64,000 nucleotides of DNA from Octopus vulgaris (lineage: Eukaryota): the NCBI GenBank assembly GCA_951406725.2, contig OX597820.1, positions 110,298,001 to 110,362,000 on the forward strand. The letters run 5' to 3'. This document shows, in pieces, positions 11,877-25,086 of this stretch (position 1 is the first letter of the stretch; each line of letters opens with the position of its first letter). The notes beneath the pieces are model-generated. The model did no database searches. It had not been told where the DNA came from and was given only the letters and a program-made list of their open reading frames with translations. The position numbers were made by a program, and so were the translations under genes.

Positions 11877-12670
11877 TATATATCAGTATATATGTACTAT
11901 TGCTCAAAGTAATTTCTTTATGCCAAACTGTGGAATTGAACCTACAATGTCTATCACTGAAACCTTATGCAATTGCACTGCCATTCTCTCAAATCAGTGA
12001 CATCTGATATTGCCCATGTTTTCGTTGTTTATGCTTGTATTTTGGAGTACGTTTCAGCTACTGTCCATTGATGTGCTATTATTTTGTCAGTGTATGTATG
12101 TTGCAAATATTATTACACTTTTGTATTTTATTGTTATTTTTTGATAACTTAAATGTTAATTGCTGTCCCACAAAACCATCCATATCATTTTTCATGTTTC
12201 TTTAATTGCTTTAAAATTACAATTATATGATTTTGATTTTAATGTGGATGAGTATTTGTGTTTATATTTTGACAGGATTTTATTAGCGTTGTGTATGTGA
12301 TGAGAGAAAGCAAAGGAGAGAGGGTGGGAGACATTGTTATGCAATAGCTATGATTTGTTATCAACAATATGTATTAATATATATTTATAAACAAAATAAA
12401 TTATAAAAAAACATATATCATGGTGGTACTCCAGCATGACCACAGCCACCTGGCTGAAACACATAAAAGAATGAAAAAATATCTTCCTCAACAGGAACTG
12501 AGCCACACGTCTCTCACTGATTTGCTTACAAACATGCATTAACATGTATTATATGTATTATACACATACTCTCACACACATACGCACACAAATATGTATA
12601 AACAAACAGGAGAAAAAATTCCAGTTGATATATGTATGTGTATATACATACATAGATACATACATACATG

Positions 12671-12712
<42 letters not shown>

Positions 12713-13126
12713 TATATATAGAGAGAGAGGTCACAAAGGTGATGGGGCAGGGAGCTGACCAGCACCACTTATGCTAAAATGAGAGTTCAATTAATTCTTA
12801 AGCCACTAAAGCACTATACTTAATGAATGACAAATTTTACTGATAAGCCATTCTTTTAATTTATTAGCTATTACTAATAAGCCACCCCTTTAATTTGTTT
12901 TATATATATATAAAAAATGTATATTGTAACAGAGGGAAAGAGATCCTTCAAAAGGGTGTGTTAAACATGCAATTCACTAGTACATCAGTTGGATACCATA
13001 TTATTATGGGTATAATGCAATTAAATAGAGAGATACTATTGACACTCCAATAATATATTTATATTATAATATTACATGATATACTATGAATATAATATAA
13101 ATTAAACAATTATTTAAAAAAAACAT

Positions 13127-14310
13127 ATAAGGCCAACAAATTGTTTCATCTTCTATACATTTTCTGATTTACAAACACAATAACAATTTCTTTATATATA
13201 AGTCACTTCAGGGTCAAGGTTTAAAGTTATACGGAATTTTGTGTGAAAGAACAGCTGGATTGCACCAATGATAACTGCATGGTATGTAGGATTAGCCCTG
13301 GCATTAACTGTAGAACTAGAAATGTAGTTTACAGCATAAGATGCATAGAAGGTACTTGTAAAGACATGAACATGACATACATAGGGGAGACATCTAGGAG
13401 CATTGCAGAATGACTAAATGAACATCTGAGACAATTTGACGACAAAAAACAGTCCGCCATACTCTACCAACATACCAAGGGCCAACATGGAGGCAACCTA
13501 GGTCAACTTGACATCTGCATCGTATCCATGCACCCAAAGACCCAACACTCAGACAAATACAGGAGTATGTCCTTATAAATGAAACTCCCCAAATACTAAA
13601 TAGGAAATATACATAGTAGATATCATATCCCCCATACCCAGTTTACACAGGTAGAGTAAAATAGTTAGTGGACTGTTAGGTAGATAGATGTATGTGTGTG
13701 TGTGTATGTGTGAGTGTATGCATATATATGTATATGCACATGTATGTAAGCATATGGATATGAAAGTAAACAGATCAACATACAGACGGATAGGTACATA
13801 GGTTATATGAACAGACAAGCACACATGCGCACACATACACAAATGAAGACTGAAACACATGACCATATATACGCACACACTTTACTTCACTCAAGGACAC
13901 ATATGGAGATGTGCCCACACATATGGAGATGCACATCCATACATACAAACACAGCACATAGATGCAAATCACACACACACACACACACTCAGGCATGCAC
14001 ACACAGGGAGACAGAGTTACATACACACACACATACAAACACACACAAACACGGCCACGCAAACACATGAATACATACATACAAATGTACACACACACAC
14101 ACGCACACACACACACACACACACACTAACCCACACACATGCACACAAACAAACAAAAAGGAATGCAGTGTGAATAATGGACAGTCAAAACTATTGAAAA
14201 GGTTGCAAGACACAACAAAGAAAATTTTAGAAAAATAAGTAAGAAAATACGTGGAAATTTTACTAATGAGTGTGTTAAATTATAAGGCACTAAAAGAGAA
14301 TGACTCTCCC
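13127..14310 (+). mobile_element. PLE 3' fragment: GIY-YIG endonuclease pseudogene plus long 3' region, with a degenerate inverted hammerhead at the 5' side
   Basis: About 13250-13616 translates as CTNDNCMVC...CRTRNVVYSIRC...YIGETSRSIAE*LNEH...EYVLINETPQILN. The 3' region is shared with 40790-41700 on the minus strand. Confidence 0.8.
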
Positions 14311-14340
14311 CAGACATAACAGTGCGTATGTGTATGTGTT

Positions 14341-14490
<150 letters not shown>

Positions 14491-14495
14491 ATATG

Positions 14496-14554
<59 letters not shown>

Positions 14555-15161
14555 CAAAGTGGAGTTGTAAGGTACTGCACGAGTGGAATTATATACAAAA
14601 GAAGGTTTGAAAATGCAATTTTAAAAGATGTTTATTTACTTTACTGGTTTCACTCTTTAGAAAAGGATTGTCAAAGGTAACATGTAAAAGTTTGGTTGTG
14701 TTAATTATTGGTTGTCACAAAATTGTTCAGTGGAATATTGGTATTGTATTGGTTGTCACAAAATACTACAATACATATATACATTCTTTGGTAACAAGAA
14801 CATGTTAAGAACATAAAAAAGTTTAACAAGTTCATTAAAATATTGGGCACAAAAGATTACAACATATATATACATTCTCAAGAAAATGATAAAGATAATT
14901 TCCAGAAGGAATTATTAAAAAGTTCAGTGGAATATTGGTATACAAGCACAGAATATTATGAGTTCAAAAAAGTTTACATTATAGTAGTAGGGAAGCTCAA
15001 ACTGACCTGGTCCACCATGTTATCATAAAAGACTATTTTCTATTTCAAGAGACACTGTAGGTGTGTTTGGGTGGGGGGAAGGAAGAGTAATGTGGAACTG
15101 AAAAGAATTTCTTCTTTTTGTCTCTCCTTCATGCATCAATGATTTGGGGGATTGGTCTCTA

Positions 15162-15850
15162 GAGGTCAGAATGGTGCAAGTGTGTTTGTATATACATATG
15201 TTGTGTGAATAGATGTGTCTGTGTGTTTGTAAAATTTGGTAGGATGGTGTGTGTATATGTGTGCCCATTTGTCAACCATGTGTGTGATTGTCTTAGTGTT
15301 GTGTGTGTGTGTGTGTATGTATGTGCATGATTAGCATTTGTCATGGTGCTGTGTGTGTGCATGTGTGTGTATATGTGTGTCTGTATGGAGGTCAGAATGG
15401 TGTGAGTGTGTGTGTATATATGTATACATGTGTTTGTGGGTGGGACTGTTTTTCATTGGTCCCAGGGTCCATTGTGGTGTAAATAGATGCGTGTTTTTTT
15501 AAAATTTGGTAGGATGGTGTGTGTGTATATGTGTGCCCATTTGTCAACTGTGTGTGTGATTGTCTTGGTGTTGTGTGTCTGTGTGTGTATGTATGTGTGT
15601 GATTGCCATTTGTCATGGTGCTGTGTGTGTGTATATGTGTGTCTCTATGGAGGTCAGAATGGTGTGAGTGTGTGTGTGTATATATGTATACATGTGTTTG
15701 TGTGTGGGGGGGACCGTTTTTGATTGGTCCCAAGGTCCATTGTGGTGTAAATAGATGTGTTTTTTTTAATTTGGTAGGATGGTGTGTGTATATGTGTGCC
15801 TGTTTGTCAACCATTTGTGTGATTATCTTGGTGTTGTGTGTGTGTATGTA
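15162..15850. repeat. Degenerate minisatellite, about 230-260 bp unit, 3 copies
   Basis: GAGGTCAGAATGGTG recurs at about 15162, 15388 and 15649, each followed by similar GT-rich blocks. Confidence 0.8.
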
Positions 15851-15866
15851 TGACGATTTTAACAAA

Positions 15867-15967
15867 ATTCCTTTACTCTCAACACATGTTTCGAAGGCTG
15901 CATATTCCTAATTCCGAAGGAATAAAGGGTGCATTATGCCGCCATCTCATCAGGAAAGACAAGGAAC
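15867..15967 (-). ncRNA. Type I hammerhead ribozyme (GUU site)
   Basis: Inverted copy of 18833-18933; the cleavage triplet reads GTT. Confidence 0.8.
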
Positions 15968-16525
15968 TTATGTCAGCACCATGAAGAGTAAAAACATTTA
16001 GATGACTGCCTACATGATGTCCACAGTAATAATGAGTGTTTCTTTAAAATATCCCATTATAAGCAATGACGTCAAAGTTGGTTGGATGGAGAATGTTCTA
16101 AAGCATTCAAGAGTTCAAATTTGGTTGGGAGGAGAAAGCTTTAGGAAGGGGATAGAGTGCAAGCTGTATTGTATGGGGATGCGTGGGTGTATTCTATTGT
16201 TAATGAGTTTGAGTGCTTGTGTGTATGTATATAACTGGATTCGTGCCTGTGTGTGTGTTTGTGTGTGTGCGTGACTGTGTGTGTAGGGTGACAAATGTCA
16301 GAAACATTTAGTAGTGAGGTGACAGATTTGTGTCTGTGTGTTCGATTGTGGGTATGATAGAAAGAGAGAGAGGTGGGGAGATGCAGAGAAAAAGAGGAAA
16401 ACATATCCCAACAAATTTAGTAGTAATTCTTCATGTAACGTAGTAGTAAAAAAGAAATTGTCTATGGTGGTGTTGTAGAAGTGAAACTAAATTATTAAAA
16501 TCAAAGAGGTTATCTATACTAATCA

Positions 16526-18499
16526 TCATTCATATGAGAGGAAAGTATGTCTCTGCCAATGTTTGCACTTATAGGATTTTTCTATAATTGTGTTTACCAA
16601 GGGGAATTTGGAGAAAAGGATAAAGAAGAGTTTGGAATTACAAAGGCCACAGAATTTCCTGCCCTTATCAAAAGGAAAAGATACAGATAATATGGACCAG
16701 TCCAGTTTGAAAGTTATATTGCTGTCCTTAAGACACCAAACTAATTTACTTAGTCCTGTACTCTGTTGTTTTCTCTTATCTCGGAAAGTTGAATAATGAT
16801 TGGAAATTCTCTGGGACAAACGAGAAGTTGTCGCGCCAATATAGAAGACACCGGTACTGGAAGAAATCCTACACTGGTAAATGGAGTTTTTAATTTTGGA
16901 ATTACTGGATAAGAACTTTAATCTGTTAGGGTTTTCCTCCGAGATTAAAACGGAGTTTCTATTGTTCTGATTGCTGTTAACATTACTGCTAGCGTTGATC
17001 ACTACACTATTTCTATTATTGTTATTATTATTAGTTATACTATCACCGGCAATATCCCTGACAATAGAAATGCTCTCGTTGTTACCATCAACACTACTAC
17101 TGTTATTAATTTGACTAATACTATTACTAATATTACCATTGTTAATACTAACGCTGTTACGAATGTTGTTATTATCAATACTACCTCTATCATTACTATT
17201 GTATGTTTGGTTGGAATTGGTGAGAATAGTGTTGTAACTCCTGGGTGAAGAATCTTTGTTTAGCAGCTTATTATTATGGGAGGCGATAATTTGCGAAAGA
17301 ATTTTAGTGTTAGAGAATGCAATCCTTACCCTATGCGAATTGAAAGTTGAGTAATACCTAGAATCCCTGGGAAAGTTCTTAGCTACGGCCTCACGGAACT
17401 GTAAAGGAAGGTTTGATTTGATTTGCTTCCCAAAAGGTATAACAAACCAGATATAGTTTTTTGTGGATTTAGAATTGGTCATATTGCTACCATTGACAGT
17501 AAAGGGAAAATTTCTATGTTGGAAATTTGGGGTTGGTTGTTTATTTCCTCCCCTGGTCCGTAAATTACTTTTCTTATGTACAGGGGTGCCGACATTGTTA
17601 GAGCTGGAATCCTTATTCTCACTATTTCTATTGTTATTAGTTTTCTTATCCTGAGAAGCATTTATTGGTTTAGAATGGGCTGGGTCGGTGTATGATACTT
17701 TATCTCTATAACCGGCTTTTGATAAGGCGGCGTTGTAAAATTCCGCTTTCTGGTTAAAGATGTTGACATTGGCAGACAATTTCGACAGTCTTAAAGAAAT
17801 GTTTTTAACTAAATTATCGGTAATTGTTTTGGCATGGTTGCTGAAAATGCTGATATATTTAAGATTAGTAGAAGGCTTATGATAAGGGAAGTATGAATTA
17901 TTTTGTAGATTTAGGGTAATGTCTAAGAAGTTGGCTTTAGTTAATTCATCGTCAAAAACTATACTCAGGCCCATTCTCCTAAAAAATCTAGCTAATCTGC
18001 TCTTAATCTTCTGTATTCTATGGTTCGAAGCATTCTGGAGGTAAAGTAGACAATCGTCCCGATATAGACCGCCACAGATGTCCGGGAATTGGTCGGCCAA
18101 TTCATAGACAATATAAATTCCGACCAAATCGGCTATTTGGGTGCTGTCTGTACTTCCCATTAGCACATCGAACACGTTAGGGGTGTCTCTTCGGACCCAC
18201 AACTTATTATCGAACTGTATGAAAGACTTTCTAGCTGCTAATATTACATTGATTTCCTCCCTGGAGAGCCCTGCCTTATTATGCGCGTGCCACAGGGCCT
18301 TATTGAGTACACTAGGGTTGATCGAGGGGTAGAAACTAGATATGTCGAATTGTATAAATTTTGTGTTTTCCTTATCAGTAATAGCTTGAGCGGAGTTGGA
18401 CCACAAGCTGAGTTTTAACTTTTTGATTAATATAGGTATATATTTATCTAAAATGTACTTACACAAATCTGTCACCTCACTACTAAATGTTTCTGACAT
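16526..18499 (-). CDS. PLE RT (5'-truncated) plus Asn-rich linker plus GIY-YIG endonuclease
   Basis: FIQFDISSFYPSI, FDVLMGS, GGLYRDD, NFLDITL, IWFVIPF, IYQC...FYIGAT...RISNH, CGLC. The first about 13 aa come from the inverted arm. Confidence 0.9.
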   Translation of the reverse strand: MSETFSSEVTDLCKYILDKYIPILIKKLKLSLWSNSAQAITDKENTKFIQFDISSFYPSINPSVLNKALWHAHNKAGLSREEINVILAARKSFIQFDNKLWVRRDTPNVFDVLMGSTDSTQIADLVGIYIVYELADQFPDICGGLYRDDCLLYLQNASNHRIQKIKSRLARFFRRMGLSIVFDDELTKANFLDITLNLQNNSYFPYHKPSTNLKYISIFSNHAKTITDNLVKNISLRLSKLSANVNIFNQKAEFYNAALSKAGYRDKVSYTDPAHSKPINASQDKKTNNNRNSENKDSSSNNVGTPVHKKSNLRTRGGNKQPTPNFQHRNFPFTVNGSNMTNSKSTKNYIWFVIPFGKQIKSNLPLQFREAVAKNFPRDSRYYSTFNSHRVRIAFSNTKILSQIIASHNNKLLNKDSSPRSYNTILTNSNQTYNSNDRGSIDNNNIRNSVSINNGNISNSISQINNSSSVDGNNESISIVRDIAGDSITNNNNNNRNSVVINASSNVNSNQNNRNSVLISEENPNRLKFLSSNSKIKNSIYQCRISSSTGVFYIGATTSRLSQRISNHYSTFRDKRKQQSTGLSKLVWCLKDSNITFKLDWSILSVSFPFDKGRKFCGLCNSKLFFILFSKFPLVNTIIEKSYKCKHWQRHTFLSYE

Positions 18500-18832
18500 T
18501 TGTCACCCTACACACACAGTCACACACACACACACACACACACACACAGGCACGAATCCAGTTATATACATACACACACACAAGCACTCAAACTCATTAA
18601 CAATAGAATACACCCACGCATCCCCATACAATACAGCTTGCACTCTATCCCCTTCCTAAAGCTTTCTCCCCCCAACCAAATTTGAACTCTTGAATGCTTT
18701 AGAACATTCTCCATCCAACCAACTTTGACGTCATTGCTTATAATGGGATATTTTAAAGAAACACTCATTATTACTGTGGACATCATGTAGGCAGTCATCT
18801 AAAAGTTTTTACTCTTCATGGTGCTGACATAA

Positions 18833-18933
18833 GTTCCTTGTCTTTCCTGATGAGATGGCGGCATAATGCACCCTTTATTCCTTCGGAATTAGGAATATGC
18901 AGCCTTCGAAACATGTGTCGAGAGTAAAGGAAT
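18833..18933 (+). ncRNA. Type I hammerhead ribozyme (GUC site)
   Basis: GTTCCTT-GT-CTTTC-CTGATGA-GATGGCGGCATA...TATGCAGCCTTC-GAAAC-ATGT-GTC-GAGAG-TA-AAGGAAT. Intact core; all three stems pair. Confidence 0.88.
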
Positions 18934-18966
18934 TTTGTTAAAATCGTCGTTCGACTCCATTCTTTC

Positions 18967-19019
<53 letters not shown>

Positions 19020-19057
19020 CATATTTCTACATACATGTTTTTATGTATGTACATATA

Positions 19058-19951
19058 TATGAGAGCATCCAAAAAGTATGTAACTTTATTTTTTCCTGCC
19101 AAAACTAATGTTATGTGGATAAACCCTTTTGGCAGGAAGTAACACTACCCTTCCTGCAGATATGTTAACATTTTTGCACCAGTAGACTACTTCAGCTCCT
19201 GGCTATTATGCCTAGAGTATGGACATGTAGTGCACATTTGTTGGATTATCATTTTGACTGACCACAACTAGCAGAGATATCGCATCAACTTTTGCTAACA
19301 GCTTGGTGATACTCAAGTTCAAATCACCTAGAAAATTCAACAAAACTTAGTTGTACCAATCTTTGATTGGTACAACTGCTTCAAACATGGCTATACTTCA
19401 GTGGAGAGCTAGGCACACCCAGGCATGCTATCCACAAACCAAAATGAGCACCTGTTTGAGAAGGTTCAGTGAATAGTCATGGCAGACCATTGTGTAACAA
19501 TCCAGGAAGCTTTTCATGAAGTGAGAATAGCCAAAGGATCAGTGCATTCCATTTTAACAGAGGATTTGTGCATGCGGAGAGTGTCTGCGAAATTAGTCCC
19601 CAAGGTGCTGGCAGAATAGCAGTAGCAACTTTGCATGGCCATCACTCAGGATATGCTGGTCTCTGCAAACTACAACCCAGACTTCATGATGACCATCATC
19701 ACTGGAGATATAGATTTATGGTCTGAAGTCAATGTGTTTGGACATCTTGCATGAAAATGAAAATCTAACAAGTTTGCACTACATGTCTGTACTCTATGTG
19801 TAACACCCAGAAACTGATGTCAGTTACTGGCATGAAAATTTTTGCACATGCAGGAAAGGTGGTGTCACCTCCCACCCGAAAGAATTTGTCCATGCCGCTT
19901 TAGTTTTGATTGGAAAAAAAAAAGTCAGATACTTATTTAATGTACCTTGTA
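19058..19951 (+). mobile_element. Mariner-family relic
   Basis: Degenerate TIRs (TATGAGAGCATCCAAAAAGTATG / GATACTTATTTAATGTACCTTGTA). Remnant SVHSILTEDLCMRRVSAKLVPK...TIITGD. Confidence 0.75.
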
Positions 19952-20414
19952 CACACACACACACACTGTGTGTGTCTGTGTGTATCTGCATGCCAGCAAT
20001 TAATAAGTGGTTTCTTAATAGTATTTTATTCTGGTGCTACACTGTAATACATATAGATTTCTGACCAACACTGTATGTACAGGTAGATGTAAACATCCTG
20101 TCTATATATACAGTATCTTCATGGAAAGAAAAAGAGTAATCAACCAGACAGGGTTCAATCTTGTGTTGAGATTTCATCAGAACCAGTACCCTCTTTAATT
20201 ATCCACAGTTAATAAGTGCTCTCAGTTAATATGTAGCCCTCTTTAAATATACAGGATATGTCAATAAATATAGAGAATATATCTATCATTGCTGTAGAAG
20301 ATATCTACTAATGCTATAGAATATATATTTAATAGATATATTTTATAGTATATATTCTGTAGCAATGTTGGTGTGTTTACATCCCTGTAACTTAGCCCTC
20401 CCCAGACACAACAC

Positions 20415-20462
<48 letters not shown>

Positions 20463-20468
<6 letters not shown>

Positions 20469-21052
20469 AAAAATAGAAGTTGAAACTGCACTGAGAATAG
20501 TATTTTTTATTAATATATTTAAAGCTTTAACTGGTTTCACAGTTTACACTGATTTTCAAAAAGTTCAAATAGAAAGACATGGGTTTATGTCGCAGCTGTC
20601 TTGCTTCTGACTAGTGTTTCTAGCTTGTCCTATTTTTATTGGCAGTTCATGGCTCAAATTCATATATGTTTTGGATAGGATTGGATTGGTAGAAGATAGT
20701 CACATGACTGGTCTTAGAAATTTTTGTAGGTTCCCCTGTACATCCGTGTGTTATTATAAAGTGACAATGTTTGGCATCATAAGCTAAAGCTGACACAGTT
20801 GACTGCACATGTCCAAACAATCAGTGCTCTATATACTAATGCTCATATACTAATTTGAGCCATGAACACCCTATAAAACAGGGCAAACTTCAAACACTAG
20901 TCAGAAGCAAGACAGCTGTGACATAAGCCACGTCTTTCTATTTGAACTTCTTGAAAATCAGTGTAAACAGTGAAACCGGTTAAAGCTTTAAATATATTAA
21001 TGAAAATATTTTAACTATTGTCAGTGCATTTTCAACTTCTATTTTTCCTATA
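20463..21052. mobile_element. Non-coding fold-back element with about 205-bp inverted arms, each carrying a hammerhead-like variant
   Basis: 20463-20668 is reverse-complementary to 20844-21052. Motif TTGAAAATCAGTGTAAACAGTGAAACCGGTT at about 20951. Left end abuts (AT)n. Confidence 0.75.
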
Positions 21053-21109
21053 TTCTACCTGTGTGAAATAAAATAACTTTGTTTTTTATTTTTTATTTTA
21101 TTTTATTTT

Positions 21110-21416
21110 ATTTGTTTCAGTCACTTGGCTGGGGCCATGCTGGAGCACCACCTTTAGTTGAACAAATCGATCTCAGGGCTTATTCTTTGTAAGCCTAGTA
21201 CTTATTCTATCAGTCTCTTTTGTTGAACCACTAAGTTACGGGACACACAAACACACACACATATATGATGGGCTTCTCTCAAATCCACTCACAAAGCTTT
21301 GGTTGGCCCGAGGCTATAGTAGATGACACTTGCCCAAGATGCCATGCAGTGGGACTGAACCTGGAACCATGTGGTTGGTAAGCAAGCTACTTACCACACA
21401 GCCACTCCTGTGCCTG
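21110..21416 (-). mobile_element. tRNA-derived SINE, internally deleted
   Basis: Reverse complement of the 6473-6850 family. Confidence 0.85.
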
Positions 21417-21464
<48 letters not shown>

Positions 21465-21897
21465 GGCAGGCAGGCAAGCAGGCATATGTGTATTTGTGTT
21501 TGTGTGAGAGATAGAGTAAAAATGGTTAGTTGGTTGACAGTAGCAAGGCACAGGACTAAATATATTTTACAATATCCAGTGTTATCTCAGTTTTGATGCA
21601 TAATTCCTATCAGTTTACACTTATTTATCATAGTATAAATATTATTGTGACATAATGCAATGAAATATTCTATTTAGCTGTAAATTCTTTCTCACTGAAC
21701 CAGACCAACAAGCTGTTTCTCATTCTTAATTGGAATTACTTTACAACTATTCAAATCTTAAAAATGAAAATCATTACTATTACAAGTCATATAATAAATA
21801 TTTCTTAATTAAGCCAAGGAAATTGATGAAAGCAACTGTAATACAGAATAAATGGTATTTAATTCTTTTTCATATCATGATTAATTGTTAAATTTAC

Positions 21898-21979
21898 CTA
21901 GATACTCTGTCGTTAATTGACAATGTGAGAGCTTCCATCTTTCATTACACATTTTTTGTTTGCATCTAGTACCATGAAA
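21898..21979 (-). other. Candidate host exon, 82 bp
   Basis: ttctgcacag acceptor and gtaaat donor; open frame FHGTRCKQKMCNERWKLSHCQLTTEYL. No partner exons identified. Confidence 0.2.
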
Positions 21980-23209
21980 CTGTGCAGAATTGTGTGTGTA
22001 CATACATACATACACAGACATACATATATGTTTGTATATTTACAAACATTTTATTTTGCAAATGGGAGACAAGTAAACCCATGATATGTATAATATATAT
22101 GTTGTATTACTGTTAAGTTGAATACGCAGGAGTTATTGATAAACCTCAAGCACTTTTCAAACTGGATTCAAAACATTCTGGGCAGTGTGTTTATAGGTTT
22201 GGTATGGAAATCAATAGAATACACTAGAAAATACTGTTAATGTCACATGACTGTAGTACATAAAGTTGATTGGCTGATGCAATTGTGATATGAAAAAGCA
22301 TAATAATATAAGATGTAGAATGCTGCATACATAGACATTTCACCCCTCACACACATACACTTGCATACACATGCTAAGTCTGTATGCTAACACATGCACA
22401 TATCTTCACATTTACATATAACTTGTTGACTGTACAAGCACCCTCCTATACACACACATACATGTCTCCACATATTCTATATAGCCATACTTCTGTCATT
22501 TCAATACATCAACCAAACGTACAGGTTTTCAAATTTATGTACTCTAATCATGTTATATCAACATTTTTTTTTAGAGCCTTGTTGATTTCAAAACCAAAAA
22601 CTATAAAGTTTTTAATCCAGTTTGAAAAGTATTTCCACATAAAGCTCAAAGTCCATAAATAACTTATCACATATTTCCAGCTTCAAAATAATGTATATCA
22701 AAGTATTGGGAATCCTTCTGATCCAAACATGACAGTCGTCTTTATTGAATTGTTATTTATAGTTTACCTGTTTGTACATATATAGATATTGTGTAATGTT
22801 GCTTAAAAATAAAATAAAACATCCATTTGATTTTGTCAAAGGCTGTGTTGAATCAATTTGTAAGAATACCCACATCATAGCAGGAGACACAAAGAAGTGC
22901 AGCTCTATCCAACTTGCTACTTTGCTAAAAACAAAACCCAATCACACTAAAAGGTGGTGCCCCAGCATGGCCTCAGCCTCTGGCTGAAAGTACTTAAAGA
23001 AAATGTAAAATATGATTATATATTACACAGTCTGAAAAATAATGTCTTCAATATTGTAGGTTTTTATACAGATAATGCTTTATTCTCTTTCTACTATTGT
23101 TATTAGCATTTACTATTACCAGTATTGCTAATTATTACAGTTATCATCATCATCATCATCATCATCATCGTTTAGCGTCCGTTTTCCATGCTAGCATGGG
23201 TTGGACGAA

Positions 23210-24260
23210 GTAATCTTATTAAAATGTTTACAATTATTAGTTACAAGACTATTCTGAATGAGATGGTTGTTAACATTTTTATAATAATTGTTACTTCTCT
23301 TTATTGTGACTAAAATTATCACTACCATTGTAATTTATTACATTAAGGGAAGGATATTAGTTAACACTGCCATTAGACCCATTATTATTTCTCTGTATAT
23401 CAATTATAGGGTTACTACTTAAGGAACTTGTACTAGATAGATATTGGAAGCTTCAATGTTCTTGATATTACCCCTATTATGTCGGAATTGTTTAAATAGG
23501 GATGGGGGTTAATGCCTGGATGATAAAATTTATCTATATTATTCCTGAACAGATTTTTTAAAATTCTTTTCATAATAAATGGTAACTATATTATCAGTTA
23601 AGTCCAAAGTGGTCAAATAGGAAAGTTTAATAATGTGTTGGCTGAAAAATTTTCAGTATCTACTAGTAGGAGAGAAGTGTCTCTCTAATGTATTAACAAA
23701 TATTAGGAACATTAAGTATTTAAATTGATTGCATATGGTGGACTATGCCATGTAATTCCCTATTTTATAATGTATTCTTATGTTTCTCAAATTTGATAGG
23801 TTTAGTATTACTATCAATACTAATTGTTTATGATGTAAAGATTCCTTGCTGTGTGTGTTACTATTAAATTTATATTTATTAGATGCACATGTTTCATGTG
23901 TATAATACAGCATATATTAGTGGGATTAGTCAACTTTCTTGACCACTTATGACTAATACTGCTGTTAAGTGCAAGCTCATCATAATGGAGATGTTCATTC
24001 AGTTGGTATGGCTGTATTTAATTCAAGTGTGACATCAAAGAAATTAAATAATTTTTTATTGTAACACAGAGACCAATATTTTTGAAGAATTTCCTGTTTT
24101 ACTTATTCTATTTCTACATTATCATGGTTATGGTAAGAGGAATAAAGTGTCATCCATATAAAGACCACCCACAACATCCAAAGAATTATTTTTTAAGTTG
24201 TATAATATATATCTACTAAATCCATTACTAGATCTCATTATTGAGATGTATTTCTCACAG
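23210..24260 (-). mobile_element. Degraded PLE RT remnant
   Basis: Minus-strand GGLYMDD and NFFDVTL remnants. Segment 23768-23900 is duplicated at about 24828-24987. Confidence 0.55.
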
Positions 24261-24435
24261 ATTTAACATGATGATTCAGCACAATATTTCACAAAATGAA
24301 ATGGATATTTTATCTATTATGATGCTGCATTATACAAAATCTGTATATGAATGTATAGGTAAATAATAACCATTCTTTTGGAAATGATCATCACAAAGAA
24401 AATTCATCTTTATTTCTTGTTTATTTACACACACG

Positions 24436-24511
<76 letters not shown>

Positions 24512-24798
24512 TATATGTAAATGTCAGAGAGAGAGAGAAATCTATGTATCATACTTAATTGTACATCACAAATACACAAATTTACTGTGGTATTCATCTA
24601 GTAAGAATATCTCTTATTGACTACTGTGATAAAAACACAAATTATATCAGTAACAGACAAAAATCATCCATCCGTGGCTGGTGAGAATGCTAAATGTGTG
24701 AGTCTGCCTAATTGGGCATTTTTTGTGATGTATTTACTTACAGAATGATACACAGATAGCCATTTTAATCTAATACTATTTCTGTTACATATAACAGA

Positions 24799-24831
<33 letters not shown>

Positions 24832-25054
24832 GTATTCTTATGTTCTTTAAATTTGATATATTTAGTATTACTACTATCAACACTAATTGCAATATATTTG
24901 TTTAGAGTTATTGGCTGTTTATGAGGTGAGGATTCCTTGTTGTATATGTTACTATTAAATTTACATTTATTAGATGCATGTGTTTCATTTACACATATAT
25001 ATATCATCTTCTAACATCTGTCTTCCATGCTGACATGGATTTTGGACATATATG

Positions 25055-25086
<32 letters not shown>

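Larger units (their letters stand above)
15852..18970 (-). mobile_element. Penelope-like element (Nematis-like) with about 485-bp inverted pLTRs
   Basis: 15852-16333 is the near-perfect reverse complement of 18461-18948. The arms enclose an uninterrupted RT-GIY-YIG ORF. Confidence 0.95.

Noticed and set aside
13411-13413. In-frame TGA in a GIY-YIG fragment as selenocysteine (as in Naiad PLEs)
   Set aside because: It falls at the conserved Arg of the R..EH motif, best explained by a point mutation of an Arg codon (CGA or AGA to TGA). The endonuclease is C-terminal and the copy is decayed.
20140-20190. Hammerhead-like CTGATGA-AATCT...AGATT-GAACCCTGTC on the minus strand
   Set aside because: Stem II pairs, but GAAA is broken and stem I does not pair. 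At best a relic.
22130-22200. Candidate plus-strand exon (cag...gtttgg)
   Set aside because: It is similar to an inverted segment at about 22575-22635 (ACTTTTCAAACTGGATT), which points to an old fold-back repeat and not an exon.
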